The translations under genes and the position numbers were made by a program. A stretch of DNA of 64,000 nucleotides, taken from contig NZ_CBDCUB010000008.1 of assembly GCF_965222475.1 (NCBI RefSeq), positions 619,020 to 683,019 on the forward strand, read 5' to 3'. Source of the DNA: Candidatus Palauibacter sp. Its GTDB lineage: Bacteria > Gemmatimonadota > Gemmatimonadetes > Palauibacterales > Palauibacteraceae. Of the stretch, positions 62,959 through 64,000 are shown piece by piece. How positions within the stretch are numbered: position 1 is the first letter of the stretch; each line of letters opens with the position of its first letter. The notes below the pieces were generated by a model. It saw only the letters and a list, made by a program, of their open reading frames with translations, was not told the DNA's origin and did no database searches.

Positions 62959-64000
62959 ATGGCCGACATCGCCCTGCAGGAAGTCGCAACTCACGGCTTC
63001 GCGTCGATCCTGCCGCCCCTGCTCGCGATCGGGCTCGCGATCTACACACGCCAGGTCTTCCTCTCCCTCGCGGCCGGCATCTGGCTCGGGTACACGATCC
63101 TCGCCGGGTGGAATCCCGCCGCGGGCGCCGCGAGTGCCATCGAGGGGGCCATCACCACGCTCGGCGACGCCGGCAACGCCCGGGTCATCGTCTTCACCTT
63201 CCTCATCGGCGCCCTCATCGCCACGGTGGAAGCGAATGGCGGGATGCGCGGGTTCGTGCGCTGGGTGGAGGAGGCCCGCTGGGTGACCGGCAGACGCCGG
63301 GCGCAGATCATGGCCTGGATCATCGGCATCGTCATCTTCATCGAGTCGAATCTCACCATCCTGGTCGCGGGGTCCGTGTCCCGGCCCCTGTTCGACCGCT
63401 TCAGGATCTCGCGGGAGAAGCTCGCCTACATCATCGACTCGACGTCGGCGCCCGTCTGCATCCTCATCCCCTTCAACGCGTGGGGCGCGCTGGTCCTCGG
63501 GATCCTGGAGGATCAGCAGGTCGCCAACCCCCTCGGCGTCTTCCTCATCGCGATCCCGCTCAACCTCTACGCGGTGGCCGCGCTCGCGCTCGCGGGCCTG
63601 ACGGCCTTCAGGGGCTGGGATCTGGGGCCCATGAAGAAAGCCGAGGCGCGGACGCGGGAAGGGCGGCTCCAGTGGGAGCACGCCGTCGCGCTCGCCGACC
63701 CCGAGGAGATCGCCCCGCCACCGGCGGAGGGCGTCGCGCTGAAGCCGCGCAACATGCTGATCCCGATCGTGGCCATGGTCGTCTCGATGCCCGTCTTCAT
63801 GTGGATCACGGGCGACGGTTCCATCGCGAGGGGCTCCGGCACGACGAGCGTGCTGTGGGCGGTCCTGTTCGGGCTGGGCCTCGCCTGGCTGCTCGCGCTC
63901 GCGCAACGTTCCCTGAATCTGGACGGGTTGAGCCGCGTGGGTCTCAAGGGCGCGGGCGCGCTCACCGGGATGGCCGTCGTGCTCTGGCTCGCGCTGACGC
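62959..64000 (+). CDS. NhaC-family Na+/H+ antiporter-like membrane protein (5' part; runs off the window end)
   Basis: GGGAGGA 6 nt upstream of an ATG. MADIALQEVATHGFASILPPLLAIGLAIYTRQVFLSLAAGIWLGY…GMRGFVRWVEE…IIGIVIFIESNLTILVAGSVSRPLFDRFRISREKLAYIIDSTSAPVCILIPFNAWGA…. Absent from the ORF track because no stop is reached. Confidence 0.6.
   Translation, partial: MADIALQEVATHGFASILPPLLAIGLAIYTRQVFLSLAAGIWLGYTILAGWNPAAGAASAIEGAITTLGDAGNARVIVFTFLIGALIATVEANGGMRGFVRWVEEARWVTGRRRAQIMAWIIGIVIFIESNLTILVAGSVSRPLFDRFRISREKLAYIIDSTSAPVCILIPFNAWGALVLGILEDQQVANPLGVFLIAIPLNLYAVAALALAGLTAFRGWDLGPMKKAEARTREGRLQWEHAVALADPEEIAPPPAEGVALKPRNMLIPIVAMVVSMPVFMWITGDGSIARGSGTTSVLWAVLFGLGLAWLLALAQRSLNLDGLSRVGLKGAGALTGMAVVLWLALT

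Overview
This 64-kb window comes from a very high-GC (~68-70%) bacterial chromosome. The phylum is not certain; SusC/SusD-like pairs at this GC content suggest Gemmatimonadota. Coding density is high and alternates between housekeeping blocks and a few rearranged or accessory loci. Three limits apply to everything below: families were called from motifs recognised by eye, coordinates read from the text can be off by 1-2 nt, and no database search was possible.

Main contents, in order along the window:
- katG catalase-peroxidase, downstream of a higBA module whose higB is internally deleted.
- A eukaryote-like deoC (DERA) with an apparent +1 frameshift, 31 nt upstream of a two-domain ALDH16-type aldehyde dehydrogenase.
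- thiD, a TrmH-family methyltransferase and a prepilin peptidase (pilD).
- A rearranged ~6-kb locus holding two diverged tandem copies of a two-gene module: a secreted or lipoprotein-like HExxH protein plus a secreted partner. Copies of the pilD 3' end mark the duplication junctions, and a 10-unit 13-bp tandem repeat lies upstream of the intact copy.
- A truncated, frameshifted corC paralog fused head-to-head to an N-terminally truncated second pilD, followed by intact corC and moxR.
- A complete F-type ATP synthase operon (atpZ-like, atpI-like, atpBEFHAGDC), followed after ~170 bp by 23S and 5S rRNA genes with no 16S gene anywhere in the window.
- An IS630-family element inserted at a CTAG site with a TA duplication.
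- thiE, mltG and ruvX, then thymidine phosphorylase, PBP1A and tyrS.
- Three tandem SusC-like TonB-dependent receptor plus SusD-like lipoprotein pairs. Their 5' and 3' ends are near-identical and their middles diverged. No CAZyme or ECF-sigma/anti-sigma partner lies next to them.
- A barrel-less signal-peptide protein ending right after a TonB-receptor plug domain, then folK, aroB and an acyl-CoA synthetase.
- A large NYN plus 2x OST-HTH (LOTUS) protein containing 21/24-bp tandem repeats.
- A 3-methyladenine DNA glycosylase whose conserved N-terminus has no canonical start codon, and the 5' end of an NhaC-type antiporter.

Many long minus-strand ORFs in the six-frame track are antisense artefacts of the high GC and are listed as rejected.
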